A stretch of DNA of 64,000 nucleotides. It comes from an uncultured Planctomycetota bacterium. GTDB lineage: Bacteria; Planctomycetota; Planctomycetia; Isosphaerales; Isosphaeraceae. This document shows positions 18,964 to 29,031 of this stretch, piece after piece (positions within the stretch are counted from its first letter, which is position 1; each line of letters begins with the position of its first letter). The position numbers and the translations under genes were made by a program. The DNA lies in assembly GCA_963823665.1 (NCBI GenBank), contig CAWGMQ010000010.1, positions 1,600,001-1,664,000 of the forward strand, read 5' to 3'. The notes below the pieces were generated by a model. It did not search any database, was not told where the DNA came from, and saw only the letters and a list, made by a program, of their open reading frames with translations.

Positions 18964-19497
18964 ATGCGATGGATCTGGATCGACAAGTTCATTGAGTTTC
19001 GCAGCGGTCAGTTCGCCAGGGCCATCAAAAACCTCACGCTGGCGGAAGAGCATCTGCACGACCATTTCCCAGGCTACCCGGTGATGCCGGCCTCCTTGAT
19101 CATCGAGGGGCTGGCACAGACCGGCGGGATCTTGGTCGGCGAGGCCGGCGGGTTCGCCGAGAAAGTTGTGCTGGCGAAGATTCCCCGCGCCGAGTTCTAT
19201 GGCGTCGCCTGCGCAGGCGACCAGCTTATTTACGAGGTCACTCTGACGGATTTGCGCAGCGAGGGGGCCGTGGTCTCATGCAAGGCCCTTTTAGACGGCG
19301 AGCTTCTGGCCGAAGCCGAGATTGTCTTTGCCCATCTGGACAACTCGCGCGCCAACCAGATCTTTGGCCCCAAGAACTTTGTGTTCACGCAGCAGCTTCT
19401 TGGCGTTCTCGACCTGGCCAAGGCGCAGCAGCGAGCCCGTGAAGCCGAGCTTCCCACCGACGGAACCGCGCAAGCGAATGGACAGCCTCACACGTAG
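18964..19497 (+). CDS. fabZ: 3-hydroxyacyl-ACP dehydratase, FabZ family (copy 2)
   Basis: MRWIWIDKF, KNLTLAEEHLHDHFPGYPVMPASLIIEGLAQ. Confidence 0.9.
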   Translation: MRWIWIDKFIEFRSGQFARAIKNLTLAEEHLHDHFPGYPVMPASLIIEGLAQTGGILVGEAGGFAEKVVLAKIPRAEFYGVACAGDQLIYEVTLTDLRSEGAVVSCKALLDGELLAEAEIVFAHLDNSRANQIFGPKNFVFTQQLLGVLDLAKAQQRAREAELPTDGTAQANGQPHT

Positions 19498-19735
19498 CTC
19501 GGAAGCGTAACGAGGACGCGGTCAGCTCCCGCCGGGCGCGAAGGAACCAAGGCTCGGGCGAGCCGGATCGCACGGAACGGATATCCAGGTAGTCTGCGGA
19601 GAATTTGAGTGTTGCATCAAGTTTATGCCGCGTCCCTTGCCCTTCGAAGCAATAATAGTGCATCGCTTTGATGGAACGGGGAGCGAGCCGTGACGCGAGA
19701 TGTGACCTCCCACGCCGTAAATCGACGAGTCCTTC

Positions 19736-21043
19736 ATGTTTGGTTCCGAACGCCGAGTGGTCATAACCGGTTTGGGCCTGGTGACTTCCCTCGGCGATAG
19801 TCCGGACCGCGTTTGGTCATCGCTGTCGGAAGGAAGGGGCTCGATCCGCCCCCTCCAGGCGTTCCGCATCGCGGGGCTTCCCACCGATAGCGGCGCCGAG
19901 ATCGGCGACTTCGATCTGCTCAACTACGCGCTTCCCAAGATTCGCAAGCCGCTCAAGAAGAGCCAGAAGTACATGGCTCGGGACATCCAGCTTGCGGTGG
20001 CCGCCGCCCAGCTCGCGGTGCAGGACGCGGGCCTGGCCGAGGGTGGAGTCGACCCCACGCGAATCGGCATCGACCTGGGAGCCGGCTTGATCTCCAGCGA
20101 GCTCGATGAGATCGCGCCGGCCGTCGCGCATGCGACGTCCAACGGCACGCCGTTTGATTATCAAACGTGGGGTCGCGAATCGATCCGGATGATCGAGCCG
20201 ATCTGGCTGCTCAAGTATCTTCCCAACATGCTTGCCTGCCACATTTCCATCCTGATCGACTGCCAGGGGCCCTCGAACACGATCACCGAGGCGGATGCGT
20301 CTTCAAATCTGGCCATTGCCGAGGCGGCACGCGTCATCGCGCGTGGGCGCGCCGACGTGATGATCACCGGCGGGGCCGATTCCAAGATTCATCCGCTCAG
20401 CGTGGTGCGCATGGCCCTGCTCGAGAACATGTCGCGCTGGAAGGGAGATCCCTCGCAGGCGTGCCGCCCCTTCGACCGCCGTCGTGATGGCTGGGTTCCC
20501 GGCGAAGGGGCTGGAATCTTCATTCTCGAAGAGGAACAGCACGCAAGGAACCGTGGCGCGAAGATCTACGGCGAGTTCCTGGGTGGCGGGTCCGGCTGCG
20601 ACGCGATGCCCTCAGGCGGCATGGATCCCGAAGGCGGAGGGACGGAAGTCGCGATCGCGGCGGCGCTCGAAGAAGCCGGGCTTTCGCCGGGGGATGTCGG
20701 CCACGTGAACGCCCACGGCTCGGCCACCAAGGTCTCCGACCTCGCGGAAGCCCGGGCCTTCGCTCGCGTGTTTGGTCCGCGCGGCGTTCCCGTGACGGCC
20801 CTCAAAGGCTATATGGGAAATCTGGTCTCGGGCGCCGGGGCGGTCGAACTGATTTGCAGCTTGATCGCCGCCAATCGCGGGCGAATCCCGGCGGTCCTCA
20901 ACTGCGACGCCCCGGAATCGGGAATCGAGCTCGATCTGGTGCTGGGCTCACCGCGGGAGATCCGCAACCCCGTGTTCCTCTGCACCAACGTCACGCCGCA
21001 CGGCCAGGCCGCGGCGGTGGTCGTCCGGGGATGCCCGGACTGA
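19736..21043 (+). CDS. Ketosynthase-like protein lacking the catalytic Cys and second His (chain-length-factor-like)
   Basis: FabF fold motifs (RRVVITGLG, CRPFD, GEGAG, NAHGS) are present, but TEADASS replaces TACAAS and KGYMGNL replaces KSMMGHL. Confidence 0.88.
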   Translation: MFGSERRVVITGLGLVTSLGDSPDRVWSSLSEGRGSIRPLQAFRIAGLPTDSGAEIGDFDLLNYALPKIRKPLKKSQKYMARDIQLAVAAAQLAVQDAGLAEGGVDPTRIGIDLGAGLISSELDEIAPAVAHATSNGTPFDYQTWGRESIRMIEPIWLLKYLPNMLACHISILIDCQGPSNTITEADASSNLAIAEAARVIARGRADVMITGGADSKIHPLSVVRMALLENMSRWKGDPSQACRPFDRRRDGWVPGEGAGIFILEEEQHARNRGAKIYGEFLGGGSGCDAMPSGGMDPEGGGTEVAIAAALEEAGLSPGDVGHVNAHGSATKVSDLAEARAFARVFGPRGVPVTALKGYMGNLVSGAGAVELICSLIAANRGRIPAVLNCDAPESGIELDLVLGSPREIRNPVFLCTNVTPHGQAAAVVVRGCPD

Positions 21044-21063
21044 CACATGCGGATTCGATTTAG

Positions 21064-21081
21064 GTCAGGCTTTAGCCTGAC
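21064..21081. repeat. Short REP-like palindrome GTCAGGCT-TT-AGCCTGAC between the two KS genes
   Basis: Perfect 8-bp stem. Confidence 0.65.
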
Positions 21082-21105
21082 GATTTCTTCCAGAAGGTAG
21101 CATTG

Positions 21106-22399
21106 ATGCGTCGAGTCGTCGTGACAGGCATGGGGATGGTTACCCCGCTCGGGCGTGACCTCGAGACGACGTGGAAGGCCCTGCTCGAGGGGAAGAGCGG
21201 CGTCGGCCCCATCTCACTCTTCGATGCTCGCACGTTTCCCACGCGAATCGCAGCCGAAGTTCCCGATTTCCGCCTCGGTGACTACCTTGACGATCCTGCC
21301 GGCCGATGGGCCGAGCATTCCCGCAACAGTAAGTTTGCCCTGGCCGCTGCATCCATGGCCGTGCGCGATTCCGGCCTGCTCGAATCCAGGCCCGAGATCA
21401 ATCGCCGCCGGTTCGGGGTGTATCTGGGATCCGGAGAAGGCCAGCACGACTTCCCCAGGTTCGTGAGCCTCCTGGCGCGTAGCACGCGAGACGGCCACGT
21501 CGATACGGCTGAATTCACCCGCCTGGGAGCCAAAGAGCTCCACCCGGTGCGCGAGGCCGAGCAAGAGCCCGGAACTCCGTCCGGTCACCTCGCCAGCTAT
21601 TTCGGCGCCCGGGGTGCCAACTCGAACTGCTTGACCGCCTGCGCCGCCAGCTCACAAGCCATCGGTGAAGCGTACGAGCTCATCCGCCGCGGAAATGCCG
21701 ATGTGATCCTCTCCGGCGGCACCCACAGCATGATCCACCCCTTCGGCGTCACCGGCTTTATCCTCCTCACCGCTCTTTCCACGCGCAACGACGAGCCGCA
21801 GCGCGCCAGCCGCCCATTCGACCGCGATCGCGACGGCTTCATCCTGGGCGAAGGTGCCGGCATGCTCGTCCTCGAAGAGCTTGAACATGCGAAAAAACGT
21901 GGTGCACACATTCATGGCGAGATCATCGGTTACGGCTCGAGTGCCGATGCATTCCGCATAACCGATAGCCACGACGAGGGCCGCGGGCGCGATCGCCTGC
22001 ATTCGCGAAGCGCTCGAGGGCGCTCGGCTCGACTCGGCTGACGTCGATTATATAAATGCCCACGGCACAAGTACTTCGGTGAATGATTCGATCGAGACCC
22101 TGGCGATCAAGCGGACATTTGGTGAGGGCGCATATCAGGTCCCGATCTCGAGCACCAAGAGCATGATGGGCCATTTAATCGCTGCCGCAGGAAGTGTTGA
22201 AGCGATTGTTTGCCTCCTTACCATTCGCGATGGTATGCTTCCCCCAACCGTCAATCTTGAGAACCGTGATCCGGAATGTGACCTCGACTACGTCCCGAAC
22301 CAGGCGAGGGAGCACGCCGTCGACGTGGCTCTTTCCAACAGTTTTGGCTTTGGCGGACAAAATATTACGCTCATCTTGAGACGCTTCTCCGATTCTTAA
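21106..22399 (+). CDS. fabF: Beta-ketoacyl-ACP synthase II with intact Cys-His-His triad; one frameshift near 21985
   Basis: TACAASS in ORF 21103-22041; removing one G at GGCCGCGGGCGCG restores [12 protein letters not shown]...YINAHGTST, joining ORF 22079-22399 ([15 protein letters not shown]). Confidence 0.9.
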
Positions 22400-22500
22400 C
22401 TGTCGTGGCCGCCGGGCATGAGCCCGGGCTTCCGTGCACACTGCGTCGCGCCAGAGTCGCGGCGGGTGTTCGTGAAGCAGCCACGATCAGGAGTGCTGCC

Positions 22501-23583
22501 GTGATTGGCCTAATGAGTGCGCTTCCCCTGCTGGCTGCGTGGCTGGCGGTTCCGCTCTTTTTCCTCGTGCTGTTCCTCATCTTCATTTTGATCAAGTATT
22601 CGCCGATCGTCAGCCGTCATTTTCAGCAGCAGCCGCCGTTCCTGCCATTGCGTGTGGTTCCCGGCGAGACGGGCGAGGCGGTGCAGTTCAGCACAGACGA
22701 CGGATTGTCTCTCTCCGGCAGCTACCTTCCGGCCCGGACGCCGGAGCAGGCCGGGGTGATCGTCTACTGCCACGAGTATCTCAGCGACCGCTGGAGTTAT
22801 CACCCGTACGTCGACGGCCTTCGCGACCTTGGGTTCGACCTGTTCACCTTTGATTTCCGGAACCACGGCGAGAGTGAAAACGAGCAGGGTTACGGGCCGA
22901 TGCAGTGGACGACCGACCGCGAAGTCCGCGACCTTCGCGGCGCCCTCAAGATGCTGCGTGCCCGGTCCGATCGCGATCCCGCGGGCTTCGGCCTCTTCGG
23001 TGTGAGCCGCGGAGGAACCACGGCGCTTGTGGCGGCATCGAGCGAACAGGACGTCTGGGGCGTGATCACCGACGGGGCGTTTCCCACGCACGGGACCATG
23101 ATTCCGTACATCAGGCGGTGGTGCGAGTTGTACGTCTCGAACCCGACCTTGCGGACGCTGCTCCCTTCCTGGATTTACCCGCTGGTTGCCCGGACAGGCC
23201 GCTGGGTAACGGAGCGAAGGCTGAACTGCAAGTTTCCCAGCGTCGAGGCGGCTGCGGCCAGGCTGGGGCCGCGGCCCTGGCTGATGATTCACGGCGGGTC
23301 TGACTCTTATATCAGCCCCGAGATCGCACAAGGACTGTTCGACCGGGGCAAGAAATTTAAGGAACTCTGGCTGGTGAGCGACGCGAAGCACAATCGCTGC
23401 CGCGAAACCGACCCGGCGGGCTATGCGACGCGGGTGGTGCGCTTCCTCGAGCGGTTCGCGCCTCGCCGTCCGTGGCTGCCCGGGCCGGCGGCAACCGCGA
23501 TCGTCTCTGTCAGCCCGGGTATGGCCGGATCTTTCGCTTCTGCCGATATATCTTCTGAGGTAGCGTCTCCCGTCGCGGGCTGA
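22501..23583 (+). CDS. Membrane-anchored alpha/beta hydrolase (possible thioesterase/acyltransferase)
   Basis: N-terminal TM; DFRNHGES; nucleophile GVSRG; HGGSD; KHN. GTG 22501 has AGGAG upstream. Confidence 0.88.
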   Translation: MIGLMSALPLLAAWLAVPLFFLVLFLIFILIKYSPIVSRHFQQQPPFLPLRVVPGETGEAVQFSTDDGLSLSGSYLPARTPEQAGVIVYCHEYLSDRWSYHPYVDGLRDLGFDLFTFDFRNHGESENEQGYGPMQWTTDREVRDLRGALKMLRARSDRDPAGFGLFGVSRGGTTALVAASSEQDVWGVITDGAFPTHGTMIPYIRRWCELYVSNPTLRTLLPSWIYPLVARTGRWVTERRLNCKFPSVEAAAARLGPRPWLMIHGGSDSYISPEIAQGLFDRGKKFKELWLVSDAKHNRCRETDPAGYATRVVRFLERFAPRRPWLPGPAATAIVSVSPGMAGSFASADISSEVASPVAG

Positions 23584-23615
23584 CAAAGAAAGCAGCCGGG
23601 GGCTTTGAAGCCGTC

Positions 23616-25307
23616 ATGATCACGATTCTCAAACGGTTGTTCGGCCGGCCGGTGGCCAGGCGCGCGCGGCGCCTCGCCCGGGCATTCCACGAGCAGGCCC
23701 AGCGGTGTGGGGATGTCCAGCGCGAGCTTCTGCTGCGCCGGATCGCGCGCCACGCCGACAGCCAGTTTGGCCGCGACCACCATTTCAGCGAGATTCGCTC
23801 GCCCGAGGACTTCCGTCGCCGCGTGAGCGTCGGCGGCTACGACCGCCATGAGCCCTACATCGAGCGCGTGCGCAACGGTGACATCGGGGCGCTCTTCGGC
23901 CGGGGCACCGAGGTCCTGATGTTCGCCATGACCTCCGGCACGACTAACCGCCCCAAGACGATTCCGGTCACGCCGGAGGCGCTTCGTGATTACCGCGAGG
24001 GGTGGACGATCTGGGGCATCCAGGCCTTCGACGCGCACCCGGAGATGCTGCGCGAGGGGTTGCGGCCCATCCTCCAGATTGCCAGCGACTGGTGCGAGAG
24101 CTTCACGCCCGCGGGAATTCCCTGCGGCGCCATCACGGGCTTGACGGCTCATATGCAGAATCGTCTGGTGCGAACCCAGTATTGCATGCCGGCCGTCGCG
24201 TCGGGGATCAAGGACATCGAATCGAAATACTACACCGCGCTTCGGTTCTCGATCCACCGCAACGTGGGCACGATCATTGCTGCCAACCCCAGCACGATCC
24301 TGGCGATCGCTCGGCTAGGCGACCGCGAGAAAGAGACCTTGATCCGCGACCTGGCCGACGGCACGCTCGACCGGAAGTGGGATATTCCCGGCAAGATTCG
24401 CCAGCAGCTTCTCCGGAAGACCCGTCGCCGTCACGAGAAGACGGCGCAGGCGCTTGACCGCATCGTCAGTGAGCACGGCCGTCTGCTCCCCAGAGATTAC
24501 TGGCCCGGCCTGCAATTCCTCTCGAACTGGATGGGAGGGACGATGCGGGCGTACCTGCGCGGCTATCCGGAGTTCTTCGGGGAAACGCCGGTGCGGGATG
24601 TCGGGCTGATCGCGTCGGAAGGACGCATGACGATTCCCATCGAAGACGGCACGGCCGCGGGTGTTCTCGATATCCGCCACAACTACTTCGAGTTCATTCC
24701 GGAAGATCAGGGCGATTCACCGCAGCCCGAGACGGTGGAGGCGACTGACCTGGTCGAGGGCAGAATCTACTTCATCGTGCTGTCCACCGCCGGCGGTCTT
24801 TATCGATACAACATCTCCGACCTCGTCCGCTGCACCGGATATTACGGACGCGCACCCATGCTTGAATTCTTGAACAAGGGTGCACACTACTCGAGCCTGA
24901 CCGGCGAGAAGATCTCGGAGCACCAGGTTATTGCCGCAGTCGAAGAGGCCCGGCGCGCGGCACGCCTTCGCCTCAAGTCGTACCTGCTGGCCCCGGTCTG
25001 GGACGAACCGCCTTATTATGCCCTGTTGATCGAGGAAGACGATCTGGCCGAAGCCCGTGCGGCGGACGCCCTGGCGGCCGCGGTCGAACGTGAGCTCAGG
25101 CGGCAGAACGTCGAGTATGTAAGCAAGCGCGACAGCCTCCGTCTCGGCCCAGTCCGCATACTCCCCATCCCGAGCGGCTCCTGGGCCGAATTTCAGCGTC
25201 GACGACTGGCCCGAAGCGGCGGCACGGTCGAACAGTATAAACAGCCTCACCTCGTCCCTGAACTGAACATCGCCGAATCGTTCCGCTCCCTGGTCGCGGT
25301 CAGTTGA
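23616..25307 (+). CDS. GH3 family (acyl-acid amido synthetase-like) adenylating enzyme
   Basis: TSGTTNRPKTIP P-loop, LIASEG, FEFIPE, GLYRYNISDLV, GEKISE; 563 aa. Confidence 0.9.
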   Translation: MITILKRLFGRPVARRARRLARAFHEQAQRCGDVQRELLLRRIARHADSQFGRDHHFSEIRSPEDFRRRVSVGGYDRHEPYIERVRNGDIGALFGRGTEVLMFAMTSGTTNRPKTIPVTPEALRDYREGWTIWGIQAFDAHPEMLREGLRPILQIASDWCESFTPAGIPCGAITGLTAHMQNRLVRTQYCMPAVASGIKDIESKYYTALRFSIHRNVGTIIAANPSTILAIARLGDREKETLIRDLADGTLDRKWDIPGKIRQQLLRKTRRRHEKTAQALDRIVSEHGRLLPRDYWPGLQFLSNWMGGTMRAYLRGYPEFFGETPVRDVGLIASEGRMTIPIEDGTAAGVLDIRHNYFEFIPEDQGDSPQPETVEATDLVEGRIYFIVLSTAGGLYRYNISDLVRCTGYYGRAPMLEFLNKGAHYSSLTGEKISEHQVIAAVEEARRAARLRLKSYLLAPVWDEPPYYALLIEEDDLAEARAADALAAAVERELRRQNVEYVSKRDSLRLGPVRILPIPSGSWAEFQRRRLARSGGTVEQYKQPHLVPELNIAESFRSLVAVS

Positions 25308-25470
25308 TTCACGCCGGAGCCTCCCACCTCGCCTTGCCCCCAATCACGGATTGTGGTATCGCCGTTACACGCGATGTCGTGGCGAGCCGAACGCATGGAT
25401 GCAGTGTTGAATGGTTGGTCCAAAGGAGGCCGGCCGGGCTGACGGTCCTCTTGGGAGTGGAACTGGGATC

Positions 25471-26920
25471 ATGAAAGTGGCAAAGGATTGCAACCGTCGT
25501 TTGACCGCGCGTCTGCTGGCATGCCTGGGAATAGGCTTTTGCTGCTTTGGGGCGGGCTGTTCCAGTTTCGGAGGGTTGCATTCGGTCGGCACATGGCCGC
25601 CGTTTGCGCACTTGTGGGAGCGCGAGCCGGGCTCGCCTGCCCCTGAGAACGACACGTACGCGCAGACGATGAGGCCGACGCTTGGCCTGGATACCAAGCT
25701 GGCTGATGCCAAGAAGCGGAAGGCGGCGCGCGCGGACGAGGACGGCGGCTCGGGTGCGGGCGAGCGAGATTCGGGTGAAGCGATCGCCCGCGCGGATGAC
25801 GCGGAATCGGTCCCGAAGCGATCCGCCAAGGGCGTGCGCGTGACCCTCGGGCATCCAGAGCCGCTGCGCGGGCTTTCGCCGGCAACTGATTCGGAGGAGG
25901 AGACCCGGGTCGCCTCGGCCGGATCAAGGACGTGGCAGCCCGCGGGGGACGAGCGTGATGGCGGTGATGCGCCGGCGCTGTCCGGGCCAGAAACGCTTCT
26001 CGCCCAAAAGGAGCCGCTGCCGGACGAAGCGCCTCGCGGGCCCGCGCTCGAGTCGACTCGCACCGGGCAAGCTGCACCGCCGAGCGACTGCGCTGCCGGC
26101 CCAGTTTGCCCTGGCCGGTCAGCCAGATGCCGAGCCTTCAACCGGCCTGGAGGCGCCTGCCGAAACGGACGAGCGCCCTTCAAAAGACGATGCGAAGCTG
26201 ATTCTGGCGCGGGCCACAGAGAAACTCAATGCTTTGGATGCGTACCAGGTCAAGATGCAGCGCCGCGAGCGTGTGGGCGGCTCGGTCTTGCCCGAGGAAG
26301 AGGTCGTGCTTTCGGTCCGGCGCAAACCGAAAGCCGTTCGACTGGAATGGGGCAACGGAGCGAGCAAGGGACGTGAGGTCATCTACTCGCCCGCACTCGA
26401 CGCCAAGATGATCTACGTCCATCAGCCCCAGACGGCGGCCGTTGTCCCATCGATGAAGATCGCCGTCGACAGCCCGCTGGTGATGAAGAACAGCCGGCAC
26501 ACGATCGCCGAAGCCGGATTCGAGATGATTCTCGCAAATCTTCAAAAGTCGGGGGTTGCGCCTGATCCCGCCAAGGGCGGGGGTCCGAGCCTTGAGTACA
26601 AGGGGCTCGAAAAGGCCGTGGGCGTCGACGCGGCCTGTCATCATTTCGTCCGGCACGCGGCCTCTGGAGAAACCTGGAACGTGTATCTCGATCCCCGGTC
26701 GCTGCTCCCCCGGCTCGTGCTCGCTGAGAACAAGGAAGGTGCGCTGCTCGAGCGGTATGTCTATTCAGACATTCGTGAAAACCCGAAGGAGCTCGCATCG
26801 GCCGATGCGTTCAGCCCTTCCGAGCGCTGGGGAGAGGGCAAAGGTCTCTTTCAGCGCCTCGCCGCCAAAGCAGCGTCGAGCTTGAGTGTGCCAAGCAACA
26901 ATGCAGCGACGACTCGCTGA
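25471..26920 (+). CDS. Lipoprotein with disordered linker and DUF1571-like domain; frameshift around 26080-26100
   Basis: Lipobox GAGC in ORF 25411; ORF 25955 contains RRERVGG.VLPEE, P.AVRLEW, GREVIY, SRHTIAEAGF, YLDP...LP, LLERYVY. Confidence 0.75.
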
Positions 26921-27132
26921 CTGCCAAAGTGACGGAATATCGCCGCGGCGTGGCCGCAAATCATCACGGCGCGACCCGATTCTGAAAAAAATGTAACCGT
27001 AGACCTTGAAATGGGTTGTCTTGATCGGGTCAGATGGTGGGATGAGCGCGAGCAGCGAACGGCGCAGGCGATGCATATAAGATTTGCCGGACTGGCCTCT
27101 TGTAACGGGGCCGGCTTGTGGGTGCCGCTCCG

Positions 27133-27516
27133 ATGACAGCATGTCAATCCTACTCGATCCTCATCACCGACGATGATCGCTCTGCGAGAGAAACGCTGCG
27201 CGAAATTGTCGCGCCCCAGGGATTTCGAACCCTGATGGCCGGGAGCGGTGAGGAAGCCATCGAGCTCATCCGTCAGCATGACGTGCACCTCGCGCTCATG
27301 GACATGCACATGCCAGGCTTTTCCGGGCTGGAGACGATGGCGATCGTCCGGCAGATCAAAGGAGTGATCCCCGCCATCTTGATCACCGCCGACCGTGACG
27401 ACGAGCTGATGCGGCGGGCCCTTTCTGAGCAGGCGTTCTGCGTCCTGGCGAAGCCGGTGAGCAAGAATGTCGTCATCTACGTCGTCAACAAGGCGATCGA
27501 GAAGTACTACAACTGA
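27133..27516 (+). CDS. Single-domain response regulator (CheY-like)
   Basis: ILITDDD, LMDMHMP, ITA, LAKP. Confidence 0.93.
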   Translation: MTACQSYSILITDDDRSARETLREIVAPQGFRTLMAGSGEEAIELIRQHDVHLALMDMHMPGFSGLETMAIVRQIKGVIPAILITADRDDELMRRALSEQAFCVLAKPVSKNVVIYVVNKAIEKYYN

Positions 27517-27525
27517 TCGCGACTC

Positions 27526-28923
27526 TTGTCGTGGCCCTTCGCCCTATTCACCTCTCCACGGCATGGCTTCTCGTCACCGCGTTCGCGCTGCGCATTTACG
27601 TCGGGCGTGCTGGCACACGATATTCCCAACCAGCGCGTCGACCGCTCGATCCAGGTCTCGCTGTCGCCGGGCTCGGTCGCGATCGATTACGAGGTGAGCC
27701 TCAGCGAGTTGACGCTCACGCAGGATCTGCGCCGATTGATTGGAAGTATGCCGGGCGCCGAGTGGCGAGAGTGGATGGACCGTTATGGCCAGGTGACGGG
27801 ACCGCTCAACGCCAAGGGGCTGCTCATCTCCGTCGGGGGCGAGCCGGTCCAGTTGACGATGCGCAGCTTCGACCTGGTCATCGAGGGCCACCCGCGGTAC
27901 ACGTTTCACCTGGCAGGATCAATTCCGACCAGCGGCCGCCTGCGCGTTCGAGACACGAATTATGTTTCGAGCGAAGGTACCAGCCGGCTGGCGATTCGCG
28001 GACTCTCGGGCGTGGTCGTCACCGGCGATTCGCTCCCGAGCGAGGTCGCGCAGATCGAGGTTCGCTCGAATATCTTCTTGAGCGACGAGGACGAACGGAG
28101 AACGAAGCAGGTTCAGGTCGAATATCGGGGGCCGGCGGAAGCGAGCGGCCCAACCCCAGGAGCCGACTCGGCGGCCACCGCTGGTCTTCGTGCGCCGGCT
28201 ACCGTTCCAATGCAGCCAGCGGCTCGCAACAAGTTGGCTCTCCCTGGCCTACCTCGGCTCTCCGAGCTGCTGGACGGCACCTTGAAGACGTCGTGGTTCG
28301 TCATTGTCACGATTGCGATCGTGCTCGGGGCTGCGCATGCGATTCAGCCCGGTCACGGCAAGACGCTGGTGACCGCGGTCGCTCTTGGCCCGGGCACCCG
28401 TTTCTATCAGCCCGCATTATTGGGCCTGGCGACGACCGTCGCACACCTCGGAAGTGTTCTGCTCATCGCGCTGGCTCTGTGGTATAGCGGTGCGACGCGG
28501 GTAGCAGGTCTGCATACGGCGCTTGTGAAGGTGGCTGGATTCGCGATCGGTGCAGTCGGATTATGGCGCCTCGGGCGCCAGTTCGGCGGTTTTCCGGAGC
28601 ATGCCGAGCACTCGCAGTCGGCGGGTGCGACCAGCAATCGCGGGGTGATCGCGCTGGGCCTCTCGGGCGGCGCCGTGCCGTGCTGGGATGCCATCGCGCT
28701 CTTGCTCCTGGCGGCCGCGGTCGGAAGGCTCGCCGCCGGAGTGGCCATGGTGCTCGCCTTCAGCGCGGGGATGGGTATGGTGCTCGTTGCGGTCGGCCTC
28801 GTCGCATGGAAGCTCAAAGCGGCAGCCCTCGGTGCCGACTCCACAAGTCGGTGGCATCGCCCGCTGGGAATCGCCAGCAGCAGCGTGCTGGCCGCCATCG
28901 GAATTTACCTCTTTTTACAATGA
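27526..28923 (+). CDS. RcnA/NicO-like nickel/cobalt transporter with N-terminal periplasmic domain
   Basis: GAAHAIQPGHGKT and GAVPCWDA motifs; multiple TMs. The signal peptide may be frameshifted near 27590. Confidence 0.85.
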   Translation: MSWPFALFTSPRHGFSSPRSRCAFTSGVLAHDIPNQRVDRSIQVSLSPGSVAIDYEVSLSELTLTQDLRRLIGSMPGAEWREWMDRYGQVTGPLNAKGLLISVGGEPVQLTMRSFDLVIEGHPRYTFHLAGSIPTSGRLRVRDTNYVSSEGTSRLAIRGLSGVVVTGDSLPSEVAQIEVRSNIFLSDEDERRTKQVQVEYRGPAEASGPTPGADSAATAGLRAPATVPMQPAARNKLALPGLPRLSELLDGTLKTSWFVIVTIAIVLGAAHAIQPGHGKTLVTAVALGPGTRFYQPALLGLATTVAHLGSVLLIALALWYSGATRVAGLHTALVKVAGFAIGAVGLWRLGRQFGGFPEHAEHSQSAGATSNRGVIALGLSGGAVPCWDAIALLLLAAAVGRLAAGVAMVLAFSAGMGMVLVAVGLVAWKLKAAALGADSTSRWHRPLGIASSSVLAAIGIYLFLQ

Positions 28924-29031
28924 TGATTCTGAGTCTCATTCAGAAACAGATAAACTCCTGACGTTCGCCTTTCGGCTCGATCATCTCCCGGCTAGAACCT
29001 GGCGTTCCGTCAATCGAATATTGACGGAACG

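Noticed and set aside
21960..22080. Programmed frameshifting in fabF and other split genes (B2, M28, DUF1571, kinase, 49735, 60765, LRR)
   Set aside because: Single-base indels are scattered across unrelated genes, mostly in GC or homopolymer runs, without consistent slippery motifs. This is typical of unpolished long reads; short-read mapping would settle it.
17697..22399. Calling the cluster an aryl-polyene or ladderane BGC
   Set aside because: No ketoreductase, methyltransferase, glycosyltransferase or radical SAM genes are present in the window; only the KS/ACP/dehydratase core is similar.
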